The notes: a model not told the origin generated them from the letters alone. A stretch of DNA of 64,000 nt from Felis catus (GCF_018350175.1 NC_058368.1:216382001-216446000); one strand, 5' to 3'; shown: positions 13,657 through 25,829, counted from the first letter of the stretch. Numbers and translations: made by a program.

Positions 13657-14734
13657 AAAAAATTGCAGTTGAGTTTCAACTGAATAAACCATTCATTCTC
13701 ATTCCATACAAACCATTAGACTCAACATAGATTAAAAGGTGAAAAAGTTTCGTAACATTAGGGTTAAGAGAGAACTTTAAATTGCATTTTTGGAACTTGA
13801 GTGAAAATGGGTATAATTACAGAATGAACATTAAATTTTTAGTTCAGAGACCTTACTCTAGAGCATTTTTATTTATGATATTTCAGATTAAATTACACAA
13901 TAAAAAAATCCTCCTAGCCCTATTTTTTTGTTAACATTCATCAGTGATCTTGGCCTGTGGTTTGTTTGGTTTGGGGTTTTGGGTTTTTGTTGGTATACTC
14001 TTGATCTGGTTTCCCAAATAGCTTTGGCATTGATCTTCTAAATATATTTGGGAGCTTGATTGTCAAAATTTCTGACTCAGCTTTATTCTCTTTAATACTG
14101 TTTCCTATATCTTCTGGGATAATGCAACTTTGAAAAAGAGATAAACATTGACAACTGGAAGGAGTTTTCTGGTCACCTGAAGAATAGTTTTCCCACTTCT
14201 AATTAATCATATGTCAGCTGCTGGGCATGTGTAATTAATGGCACATACCCCCAAGGCTGTGGTGTATAAACACATTGCTTATCTGGTTAGAGAATTAGTA
14301 GCATGCTGATAATCACTGCAAATGAGTGATTTGCTAATTCTGTCTTTAACTATTGAAGGCAGTATATTAACACATGTTAGGATGAAAATAGCAAAGGGAG
14401 TAGTTGGAAATAAAATATATAGAACAATGCAGCATAAATGTGTTTGTTTGAACATATACATATACATATACGTATACATACTATATCAAGATAAGATTAA
14501 CTTCACTACACCATAGTGCTTTGTTTTGCTACACACATGGTATAGACACAATAAAAATAGGGAGAAAAATCTGGCTTCAAATAGCTGCTATCACTCCTGT
14601 TAAGTATAGAGTTTAACGGAATTAGTTAATTTCTCTGAATTACTTTTTACACAAATGTAAGAGAAGGAAACCTAAGTCCAACCACAAAGATTTTTAGAAA
14701 TATGTATAGCAAAATTTTTATTCATGTTTTAATT

Positions 14735-14744
14735 TTTTTTTCTT

Positions 14745-14780
<36 letters not shown>

Positions 14781-14940
14781 TCAGTCAGGAGGGGCAGAGA
14801 GAGAAAGAGACACAGAATTTGAAACAGGCTCTAGATTCTGTTCAGCACGGAGCTCAATGTAGGCCTCAAACCCACGAGCTGTGAGATCATGACCTGAACT
14901 GAAGTCGGAAGCTTAACTGACTGAACCACCCAGGCATCCC
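14735..14940 (-). mobile_element. CAN-SINE with expanded (GA)n
   Basis: SINE body with flanking atgttttaat duplicates. Confidence 0.9.
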
Positions 14941-14949
14941 TATGTTTTA

Positions 14950-15394
14950 ATGTTTTATTGAGATATAATTGATCTGTAACATTGAATAAATTTAAGGTAT
15001 GAATCATGTTGATTTCATACATTTATATATTGCAACATGTTTACAAACTTACTGGTAACTAACACCTGTATCATGTCACATAATTATCATTTCTTTGTTA
15101 TAGAAAGAACAATTAAGATCTAATCTCTTAGCAGCTTTGAAGTTTATAACACAGTATTGTTGATTTTAATCACTATGTTTTGCATTAGATCTCCAGAATT
15201 TTTTTTATCTACTGGTGACAAGTCTGTATCCTTAAATTGCATTTTCCCTTTACCCCCACCCCGCCTGTTGGTAACCACTATTCTACTTTCTGTTTTTACA
15301 AGTTTGGCTTTTTTAGAGTCAATAAGTGATATTATACAGTACCCATCCTTTTCCTTCTGATTTATTTCACTTAGCCTAATGCCATATGTGTGTG

Positions 15395-15433
<39 letters not shown>

Positions 15434-15605
15434 TCATATACACACACACCACACTTCTTTATCAATTCATCCCTCGACAGACACTTGGATTGTTTCCATA
15501 TCTTGGCTATTGTGAATAGGGAGGGCCACAAGAAACGTGAGAGTGTCGATGTGTTTTCGATGTCCTGTTTTCATGACCTTTGTATGCATACACAGAAGTG
15601 GGATT
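14950..15605 (-). mobile_element. L1 (L1MA/carnivore) 3'UTR fragment containing (TA)n
   Basis: tttattgagatataattg...cattagatctccagaa...ggtaaccactattctac...ttatttcacttagc...ttgtttccatatcttggctattgtgaat. Confidence 0.85.
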
Positions 15606-15831
15606 TTTTTAATTTTTTATTTTTTTTAATGTTTATTCATTTTTGAAGAGAGAGAGAGACAGAGCACAAGGAGGGGAGGGGCGGAGAGAGAAGGAGACAC
15701 AGAATCCAAAGCAAGCTCCTGGCTCCGACCTGTCAGCACAGAGCCGGATGCAGGGCTCGAACTCACAAACCACAAGATCATGACCTTAACCAAAGTTGGG
15801 CGCTTAACTGACTGAGCCACCCAGGAGCCCC
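15606..15831 (-). mobile_element. CAN-SINE, no visible TSD
   Basis: Full SINE body abutting the end of the L1 fragment. Confidence 0.93.
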
Positions 15832-17023
15832 AGGAAGCCAGTTCAAAACTGCTTTAGTAAGACTTTACTACTATTCCTCCTTCTTTCTCTCTCCCTTCTC
15901 CCACCTCTCTTAGGGGTTAGAAATAGGCGCTGACTAGTCTAGGAAAAAAAAAAAAAATAGGAAGTTGAAAATGGGAGAAAAGGTTCTTGTACCCCTTTCC
16001 CATGTTTTAGGACTACCACTCCCTGTGAGCCCTTGCTCATGAAGAAGACAAGCAAACTAAAAATTCAGATTGTTTCAAGAACTAGACGTTTGATTTTACT
16101 GAGATAAGATAGTTTGGCAAATTTAATATATCTAGGAAACTGAGTAATCAGAAAAATTATCTGTGACAGGTTAAAATCAACCCGCTGAATAAAGTTAGAG
16201 CAATAGTAGAAGAAATCTTCGCACTGTGATTTAATCCCATTACTTATACTTCTGCAATGTACTTATTGCATTGAAATGGGATTCTGTTTTTAAAACAAGG
16301 ATTTTGTCACTCTATTTTGAATCCTTCATTTAGAGCCTGAAAAATTTGCCCCCAAAATATTTGGCCCTGCTATTTCGGTTTTTCTCACTGGAAAAAAAAT
16401 ACTGTAATGGGGATTATACTTCTTGAATAATAAAAATTGATAATAATCTGGTTCTGTTTCAAAAATATTTCTCACATTTTTTTTCAATAGCACATTAATA
16501 GTCTATATTGTTAGTATAAATTCCACAAATTTTAGTGACTACAATAGCATTCAATAAAATATGTTCTTTATTAAAATAAAGGAAATAATTAAACATTCAT
16601 TTTAAAATTTAGATCAGAGAAAACCGCCAGAGGATTAGCAGAACGGAGTCGCCGGAGCCAAACGCAGAGGAGAGGCCCACGGAAGAGGGGCCCCTCCTGA
16701 AGTGAATCACCTAAGGAGAAGTGATCTAAGCCTGCCCCTCCTGCCCCTGTGCACCTTGCCTACCCACCCCAGCTAATACGCCAGATCCCCAGCATCACAA
16801 GCCTGGCAGTGTGCAAGTGGCCCAGACGGGCCACACCACCCCACAGTGAATCCCGCCCCTATGAGAGGGGAAGAGAAGGCACACACCAGTCTGACTGTGG
16901 CCCCAGCGGTGGGCTGGGGGCAGACATCAGGTCTGACTGCGGCCCCGCCCACCAACTCCAGTTATACACCACAGCACAGGGGAAGTGCCCTGCAAGTCCT
17001 CACCACGCCAGGGACTATCCAAA

Positions 17024-17917
17024 ATGACCAAGCAGAAGAATTCCCCTCAGAAGAATCTCCAGGAAATAACAACAGCTAATGAGCTGATCAAAAAGGATTT
17101 AAATAATATAACAGAAAGTGAATTTAGAATAATAGTCATAAAATTAATCGCTGGGCTTGAAAACAGTATACAGGACAGCAGAGAATCTCTTGCTACAGAG
17201 ATCAAGGGACTAAGGAACAGTCACGAGGAGCTGAAAAACGCTTTAAACGAAATGCATAACAAAATGGAAACCACCACAGCTCGGCTTGAAGAGGCAGAGG
17301 AGAGAAGAAGTGAACTAGAAGATAAAGTTATGGAAAAAGAGGAAGCTGAGAAAAAGAGAGATAAAAAAATCCAGGAGTATGAGGGGAAAATTAGAGAACT
17401 AAGTGATACACTAAAAAGAAATAATCTACGCATAATTGGTATCCCAGAGGAGGAAGAGAGAGGGAAAGGTGCTGAAGGGGTACTTGAAGAAATAATAGCT
17501 GAGAACTTCCCTGAACTGGGGAAGGAAAAAGGCATTGAAATCCAAGAGGCACAGAGAACTCCCTTCAGACGTAACTTGAATCGATCTTCTGCACGACATA
17601 TCATAGTGAAACTGGCAAAATACAAGGATAAAGAGAAAATTCTGAAAGCAGCAAGGGGTAAACGTGCCCTCACATATAAAGGGAGACCTATAAGACTCGT
17701 GACTGATCTCTCTTTTGAAACTTGGCAGGCCAGAAAGAATTGGCACGAGATTTTCAGGGTGCTAGACAGAAAAAATATGCAGCCAAGAATCCTTTATCCA
17801 GCAAGTCTGTCATTTAGAATAGAAGGAGAGATAAAGGTCTTCCCAAACAAACAAAAACTGAAGGAATTTGTCACCACTAAACCAGCCCTACAAGAGATCC
17901 TAAGGGGGACCCTGTGA
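17024..17917 (+). CDS. L1 ORF1p (coiled coil, RRM, CTD), 297 aa, open
   Basis: MTKQKNSPQK...; motifs RNNLRIIGIPE, RHIIVK, ARKNW and YPASLSF. The ATG at 17024 lies inside the tracked ORF 16985..17917. Confidence 0.93.
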   Translation: MTKQKNSPQKNLQEITTANELIKKDLNNITESEFRIIVIKLIAGLENSIQDSRESLATEIKGLRNSHEELKNALNEMHNKMETTTARLEEAEERRSELEDKVMEKEEAEKKRDKKIQEYEGKIRELSDTLKRNNLRIIGIPEEEERGKGAEGVLEEIIAENFPELGKEKGIEIQEAQRTPFRRNLNRSSARHIIVKLAKYKDKEKILKAARGKRALTYKGRPIRLVTDLSFETWQARKNWHEIFRVLDRKNMQPRILYPASLSFRIEGEIKVFPNKQKLKEFVTTKPALQEILRGTL

Positions 17918-17967
17918 GACAAAGTCCCAGAGACATCACTACAAGCATAAAACATACAGACATCACA

Positions 17968-20900
17968 ATGACTCTAAACCCGTATCTTTCTATAATAACA
18001 CTGAATGTAAATGGATTAAATGCGCCAACCAAAAGACATAGGGTATCAGAATGGATAAAAAAACAAGACCCATCTATTTGCTGTCTACAAGAGACTCATT
18101 TTAGACCTGAGGACACCTTTAGATTGAGAGTGAGGGGATGGAGAACTATGTATCATGCGACTGGAAGCCAAAAGAAAGCTGGAGTAGCCATACTTATATC
18201 AGACAAACTAGACTTTAAATTAAAGGCTGTAACAAGAGATGAAGAAGGACATTATATAATAGTTACAGGGTCTATCCATCAGGAAGAGCTAACAATTATA
18301 AATGTCTATGCGCCGAATACCGGAGCCCCCAAATACATAAAACAATTACTCATAAACATAAGCAACCTTATTGATAAGAATGTGGTAATTTCAGGGGACT
18401 TTAACACCCCACTTACAGAAATGGACAGATCATCTAGACACACGGTCAATAAAGAAACAAGGGCCCTGAATGAGACATTGGATCAGATGGACTTGACAGA
18501 TATATTTAGAACTCTGCATCCCAAAGCAACAGAATATACTTTCTTCTCGAGTGCACATGGAACATTCTCCAAGATAGATCATATACTGGGTCACAAAACA
18601 GCCCTTCATAAGTTTACAAGAATTGAAATTTTACCATGCATACTTTCAGACCACAATGCTATGAAGCTTGAAATCAACCACAGAAAAAAGTCTGGAAAAC
18701 CTCCAAAAGCATGGAGGTTAAAGAACACCCTACTAACGAATGAGTGGGTCAACCAGGCAATTAGAGAAGAAATTAAAAAATATATGGAAACAAACGAAAA
18801 TGAAAATACAACAATCCAAACGCTTTGGGACGCAGCGAAGGCAGTCCTGAGAGGAAAATACATTGCAATCCAGGCCCATCTCAAGAAACAAGAAAAATCC
18901 CAAATACAAAATCTAACAGCACACCTAAAGGAACTAGAAGCAGAACAGCAAAGGCAGCCTAAACCCAGCAGAAGAAGAGAAATAATAAAGATCAGAGCAG
19001 AAATAAACAATATAGAATCTAAAAAAAACTGTAGAGCAGATCAACGAAACCAAGAGTTGGTGTTTTGAAAAAATAAACAAAATTGACAAACCTCTAGCCA
19101 GGCTTCTCAAAAAGAAAAGGGAGATGACCCAAATAGATAAAATCATGAATGAAAATGGAATGATTACAACCAATCCCTCAGAGATACAAACAATTATCAG
19201 GGAATACTATGAAAAATTATATGCCAACAAATTGGACAACCTGGAAGAAATGGACAAATTCCTGAACACCCACACTCTTCCAAAACTCAATCAGGAGGAA
19301 ATAGAAAGCTTGAACAGACCCATAACCAGCGAAGAAATTGAATCGGTTATCAAAAATCTGCCAACAAATAAGAGTCCAGGACCAGATGGCTTCCCAGGGG
19401 AGTTCTACCAGACGTTTAAAGCAGAGATAATACCTATCCTTCTCAAGCTATTCCAAGAAATAGAAAGGGAAGGAAAACTTCCAGACACATTCTCTGAAGC
19501 CAGTATTACTTTGATTCCTAAACCAGACAGAGACCCAGTAACAAAAGAGAACTACAGGCCAATATCCCTGATGAATATGGATGCAAAAATTCTCAATAAG
19601 ATACTAGCAAATTGAATTCAACGGCATATAAAAAGAATGATTCACCATGATCAAGTGGGATTCATTCCTGGGATGCAGGGCTGGTTCAACATTCGCAAAT
19701 CAATCAATGTGATACATCACATTAACAAAAAAAAAAGAGAAGAACCCTATGATCCTGTCAATCGATGCAGAAAAGGCCTTTGACAAAATCCAGCACCCTT
19801 TCTTAATAAAAACCCTTGAGAAAGTCGGGATAGAAGGAACATACTTAAAGATCATCAAAGCCATTTATGAAAAGCCCACAGCTAACACCATCCTCAACGG
19901 GGAGAAACTGAGAGCTTTTTCCCTGAGATCAGGAACACGACAAAGATGCCCACTCTCCCCGCTGCTGTTTAACATAGTGCTGGAAGTTATAGCATCAGCA
20001 ATCAGACAACAAAAGGAAATCAAAGGCATCAAAATTGGCAAAGATGAAGTCAAGCTTTCGCTTTTTGCAGATGACATGATATTATACATGGAAAATCCGA
20101 TAGACTCCACCAAAAGTCTGCTAGAACTGATACAGGAATTCAGCAAAGTTGCAGGATACAAAATCAATGTACAGAAATCAGTTGCATTCTTATACACTAA
20201 CAATGAAGCAACAGAAAGACAAATAAAGAAACTGATCCCATTCACAATTGCACCAAGAAGCATAAAATACCTAGGAATAAATCTAACCAAAGATGTAAAG
20301 GATCTGTATGCTGAAAACCATAGAAAGCTTATGAAGGAAATTGAAGAAGATTTAAAGAAATGGAAAGACATTCCCTGCTCATGGATTGGAAAAATAAATA
20401 TTGTCAAAATGTCAATACTACCCAAAGCTATCTACACATTCAATGCAATCCCAATCAAAATTGCACCAGCATTCTTCTCGAAACTAGAACAAGCAATCCT
20501 AAAATTCATATGGAACCACAAAAGGCCCCGAATAGCCAAAGGAATTTTGAAGAAGAAGACCAAAGCAGGAGGCATCACAATCCCAGACTTTAGCCTCTAC
20601 TACAAAGCTGTCATCATCAAGACAGCATGGTATTGGCACAAAAACAGACACATAGACCAATGGAATAGAATAGAAACCCCAGAACTAGACCCACAAACGT
20701 ATGGCCAACTCATCTTTGACAAAGCAGGAAAGAACATCCAATGGAAAAAAGACAGCCTCTTTAACAAATGGTGCTGGGAGAACTGGACAGCAACATGCAG
20801 AAGGTTGAAACTAGACCACTTTCTCACACCATTCACAAAAATAAACTCAAAATGGATAAAGGACCTAAATGTGAGACAGGACACCATCAAAACCTTAGAG

Positions 20901-21784
20901 GAGAAAGCAGGAAAAGACCTCTCTGACCTCAGCTGTAGCAATCTCTTACTCGACACATCCCCAAAGGCAAGGAAATTAAAATAAAAGTGAATTACTGGGA
21001 CCTTATGAAGATAAAAAGCTTCTGCATAGCAAAGGAAACAACCAACAAAACTAAAAGGCAACCAACGGAATGGGAAAAGATATTCGCAAATGACAAAGGG
21101 CTAGTATCCAAAATCTATAAAGAGCTCACCAAACTCCACACCCGAAAAACAAATAACCCAGTGAAGAAATGGGCAGAAAACATGAATAGACACTTCTCTA
21201 AAGAAGACATCCGGATGGCCAACAGGCACATGAAAAGATGTTCAGCGTCACTCCTTATCAGGGAAATACAAATCAAAACCACACTCAGGTATCACCTCAC
21301 GCCAGTCAGAGTGGCCAAAATGAACAAATCAGGAGACTATACATGCTGGAGAGGATGTGGAGAAACGGGAACCCTCTTGCACTGTTGGTGGGAATGCAAA
21401 TTGGTGCAGCCGCTCTGGAAAGCAGTGTGGAGGTTCCTCAGAAAATTAAAAATAGACCCACCCTATGACCCAGCAATAGCACTGCTAGGAATTTATCCAA
21501 GGGATACAGGAGTACTGATGCATAGGGCCACTTGTACCCCAATGTTCATAGCAGCACTCTCAACAATAGCCAAATTATGGAAAGAGCCTAAATGTCCATC
21601 AACTGATGAATGGATAAAGAAATTGTGGTTTATATACACAATGGAGTACTACGTGGCAATGAGAAAAAATGAAATATGGCCTTTTGTAGCAACGTGGATG
21701 GAACTGGAGAGTGTGATGCTAAGTGAAATAAGCCATACAGAGAAAGACAGATACCATATGGTTTCACTCTTATGTGGATCCTGA
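17968..21784 (+). pseudogene. L1 ORF2p (APE endonuclease, RT, Cys-rich domain), disrupted
   Basis: EN motifs TLNVNGLN, LQETH, GDFNTPL and SDHN; RT motif LFADDM. Lesions: +1 in the A8 run 19021-19028, TGA at 19613-19615 (probably CGA>TGA), +1 in the A10 run 19727-19736, -1 near 20982, and a 9-nt deletion near 21092. Confidence 0.95.
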
Positions 21785-23556
21785 GAAACTTAACAGGAAC
21801 CCATGGGGGAGGGGAAGGAAAAAAAAAAAGAGGTTAGAGGGGGAGAGAGCCAAAGCATAAGATACTGTTAAAAACTGAGAACTGAGGGTGGATGGGGGGT
21901 GGGAGGGAGGAGAGGGTGGGTGATGGGTATTGAGGAGGGCACCTTTTGGGATGAGCACTGGGTGTTGTATGGAAACCAATTTGTCAATAAATTTCATATG
22001 TAAAAAAATAAAAAAAAACAAAAAAAAATTAAATAAAATTTAGATCAGCTAAATTGACCCAGGAAAATTGAACTTGAGACACAACTCAGAAAAATGTTAT
22101 TTTAGTGTTTCTTGTAATATTTTTGGAAAAATGACTATAATATTTATGTGGAAATTAATTAAAATAATACTAATTTAAGCTATATCAGGTGAAGACATGT
22201 GATAAGAATGTTTATCGTCCATATAGAAAATTAATGCTAATATAAAGTGGTTATAAAATTTCATAATGGAAACTAATTTTTCAATAGGAATTAATCAATA
22301 GCATTGATAATGTTTTTGCCTTTTGTTTCATTTTTTTTACTCATGAATGTAAGTATGTTTTCTGACCAAATGTCTGTGTCTGAAATGTTAACATTCTAAT
22401 AGCATATATTAAAACACTGGAGGCAAAACATTGTTGTGTGAACATTTAGTCCGCTCTATGCAAGGCATCTAATTCATTATCTAGGCCATACTAACATGTT
22501 CCTTCCCTTATCTCATTATTAGCATTCCATTGTTAGAATCCTTAAAGGGTGCATGTGCAAAAAAATATTCTAACTTGATTTTTTAAATCATTTTTCCTGT
22601 TCGAAGTCATCTTAAATATTTGTCTGTATTCTTTCTGATTCCCATCAGTCTGATTAATTTTTGCTTTAGAGTTTAGATATTAAAAACAGTGTTTCCATTT
22701 TTTATGCTTAATGTTGCTCACAATTAAAAATTGAAAATACAATTATTTTCTGTGTATGTAAGTTCTATAGCTTATGATTTCTATTATTCTTATAAAAAGA
22801 TGAGAAGAAATGGATGATGCTTCCCTGGCAAAACTAGGTCTCACTCTCTGTAGCATCACAGACTTCTCTTTGTTCTAATTTACAACATTGCTCTTTCTTT
22901 TGCAACTTTTTTTGGATATTCTTACGGTTCAAAATGTCGGCTACACTTAAAGTAGGACTGAAAAAAGTCTTTCTTCAATATTGTATAACTTGTTTTTAGG
23001 CCATATGCTTCTCTGAAAAGAGAAAATAATCCTTTATATTATTTGCTAATAGATCAGTATAAACGTAATGATGATGATTATGATAATAATGAACCAATAA
23101 ACAAAATTGTTATATTAATAAGGGGTGAATTTATCTCCACTTACAGCAAAATACATCCTCAACTTGCCTATTTTATTTGCCACCTTTGTGACTGACCTCT
23201 GGAAAAGTTGAAAAGATGTATTACTTTACTTATCATCTCACTACAAAGTGAAGAGCCAGTCTCCATCCCTACATAGAGCTTGGTTCGGCCCTGGACTAAG
23301 GCCCTGGTAGGATGTGCTCATATGTGTTGATTCCAACACAATGAAGACAGCACCAATATCGTGGCCAGTGACTTAGAACTAATTCTTTAACTAAACTGAC
23401 CCCAATCTGGCTTAATAGATGTAATTAATTCCTAAAGAATAAACATAACCATTTTATTATGCTTGATGATGAGTAGAAATATTCAAGCAAGCAGATGAAT
23501 GCAGAAAGAAATGAAAGCTGGGTCTAGGACCACTTTAAAATATGGAAAGTACTTTT

Positions 23557-23778
23557 TTTTTTTTAATTTTTTTTTCAACGTTTATTTATTTTTGGGACAG
23601 AGAGAGCCAGAGCATGAACGGGGGAGGGGCAGAGAGAGAGGGAGACACAGAATCGGAAACAGGCTCCAGGCTCCGAGCCATCAGCCTAGAGCCTGACGCG
23701 GGGCTCGAACTCACGGACCGCGAGATTGTGACCTGGCTGAAGTCGGACGCTTAACCGACTGCGCCACCCAGGCGCCCC
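23557..23778 (-). mobile_element. Young SINEC_Fc
   Basis: CpG-rich, near-consensus body. Perfect 14-bp TSD tggaaagtactttt at 23543-23556 and 23779-23792. Confidence 0.97.
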
Positions 23779-23781
23779 TGG

Positions 23782-23912
23782 AAAGTACTTTTAAAGTACT
23801 TTGTACTTTGCACTATGTACTTTGCACATAAAAAAAAGTACTTTGTACTTTTAAAGTACTTTGTACTATGTACTTTGTACATAAAAATATGTAAATACTT
23901 TTAAAGTAAAGT
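23782..23912. repeat. Degenerate GTACTTT tandem repeat
   Basis: Repeated gtacttt/gtactat/gcactat units and several aaagtacttt palindromes. Confidence 0.85.
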
Positions 23913-24183
23913 AGCATGAAGTCAGATGCCAGAATTTGATTTCATTTGTAATAAAAACTTTAAGTTAATATAATTATGAATAAAAATTCATACTTATAGT
24001 AAGGAAAAAAGTTCAGATGTAATTCTACAATTCAAGTAAATGAAAAATTTCCCTTTTGCCCAAAAACACCAAGCCATGCTCCCAAGAATAAAATATATAC
24101 ATGCATACATACAAAGAAAGCTCTTTAGAGTTTTAGTGGATGCATCCAGAATATTTTTAAAATGTATAAATAGATACATATAC

Positions 24184-24248
24184 ATTGTAAGGGCAAAAGT
24201 AAATTAAAATTAAGAGACTTATTTTTAATTTACTTTTGCCCTTACAAT
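24184..24248. repeat. Perfect 26-bp inverted repeat with 13-nt spacer
   Basis: attgtaagggcaaaagtaaattaaaa (24184-24209) is the exact reverse complement of 24223-24248. Confidence 0.95.
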
Positions 24249-24266
24249 ATAAAAATAAGACACTTA

Positions 24267-24311
24267 GAGCCCAAATGTTCACTGACTGATGAATGGATGA
24301 AGAAGATGTGG

Positions 24312-24354
<43 letters not shown>

Positions 24355-24790
24355 TATGGAATATTATTTGGCGATCAAAAAGAATGAAATCCTGCCATTT
24401 GCAACAAGGTGGATGGAACTAGAGTGTATTATGCTAAGCAAAATAAATCATTAAGAGAAAGACAAATATCATATGATTTCACTCATATGTTCAGTTTAAG
24501 AAACAAAACAGATGAACACAGGCAAAGGGAAGGAAAAATAAGATAAAAACAGAGAGGGAAGGAACCCATAAGAGACTCTTGAATGCAGACAACAAATTGA
24601 GGGTTGCTGGAGGGGAGGTTGGTGGGGGGCTGGGTTAAATGGGTGCTGGGCATTCATGAAGGCACTTGTTGGGATGAGCAGTGGCTGTGATATATAAATG
24701 ATGAATCACTGAATTTATTCTTGAAACCAATACTACACTGTATGATAACTGACTTGAATTAAAAAAAATGCTAAGGTTAAATCAATCAAT
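24267..24790 (+). mobile_element. 5'-truncated carnivore L1 3' end with internal (CA)n
   Basis: cccaaatgttcactgactgatgaatggatg...gaatgaaatcctgccatttgcaacaaggtggatggaactagag... TSD aaaaataaga(c/g)actta at 24251-24266 and 24791-24806. Confidence 0.92.
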
Positions 24791-24904
24791 AAAAATAAGA
24801 GACTTAAATTTCCCTATTGAAAATAAAGGAAAAAGCTTTCCCCTTCCCATTTCTTAGAGAGTTTATATTAGAACTCTTACTAGTTCTTTTCCTGTCTCTT
24901 TGAA

Positions 24905-25760
24905 GAACAGTAATGGTGGCCTGGAACAGAGTGAAAGTAGTGGAGATGGTGTGAAATCAGATCCTGTATATTTTCTAAAGGTAGACCCAATAAGATTTCT
25001 GGATGGAGTGAATGTGGTATAAGAAGAAAACAGGTCAAGAATGACTCCAAATAGAAACAATGTAGTTGCCAGTAACTGATAAGATTGTGTAAAGAATAGA
25101 TTTGGAGAACAGGAGTTCTGTTTTAGATAATTACATTTAAGTGACCTAATAGATATGAAAGTGGTGATGCTGAATTAGAAGGTTTTGGTTTTTGTTTCTG
25201 TTTGTTTGTTTGTTTGTTTGTTTTTTGTTTGCTCGTTTTATAGAGTGTGAGATTCAGAGAGTCTCAGAACATACATACAATTTAAAACCATATAACCAGA
25301 TGGAAGGACAAAGAAAATAAGTGATAAGGAGGTGGAAGGAATGATCCCTGGTCACTCCAATATTAACGGGTAAGGATAAATCAATTAAGAAGGTTTAAAA
25401 AGCACTGCGTACCTGCTAGCAAGAAAAGAAGAACGTGGTAGGTGAAATATGAGACACAGATTTCTAGAAAAATAAAATATTCACGTCAGTTATCTATCAC
25501 TGATCAGTCAGACAGGTCAAATAAGATACAAACTGACAAGTGATCATCAGATTTAGCTAACTTGAGGTTATTGGTGATTTTGCCAAGGGGAGATTTCTTA
25601 GGGGTAATGGGGTCAAAGGGCTGAGTAAACAGCTTAAGAGAGAACAGGCAAAGAGGATGTAGAGAATGAATAGAGGCAATTCTTTCAAGGAGTCTGGTTG
25701 GGAGGGGCACAATAGAATAGGTAGCCACTGATGAAAATGCAAGGCAGCGAGGTCTTTATT
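24905..25760 (-). mobile_element. L2 fragment
   Basis: gtaatggtggcctggaacag...ggagatggtgtgaaatcagatcctgtatattttctaaaggtagacc...caagaatgactcca...caggagttctgttttaga is typical of the L2 reverse complement. Confidence 0.7.
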
Positions 25761-25829
25761 TTCATTTTTCCAGAAGGTGAAATGAGTGGCTTAATATTGC
25801 TTGCAAACTTTCTTTGCTTCTTTACATTA

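Larger units (their letters stand above)
16618..22034 (+). mobile_element. Near-full-length felid LINE-1 with shortened 5'UTR
   Basis: 5'UTR remnant, ORF1, ORF2, G-rich 3'UTR, AATAAA at 21986-21991 and an A-tail. TSD aaaatttagatcag at 16604-16617 and 22035-22048, at a TT/AAAA endonuclease site. Confidence 0.98.

Noticed and set aside
17024..17917. Domestication of the intact ORF1
   Set aside because: Four lesions in 3.8 kb of ORF2 predict only about one in 0.9 kb, so an open ORF1 is unremarkable.
17221..21061. Long minus-strand ORFs (150, 134, 186 and 153 aa)
   Set aside because: They are antisense shadows of L1 ORF1/ORF2, a common by-product of L1 base composition.
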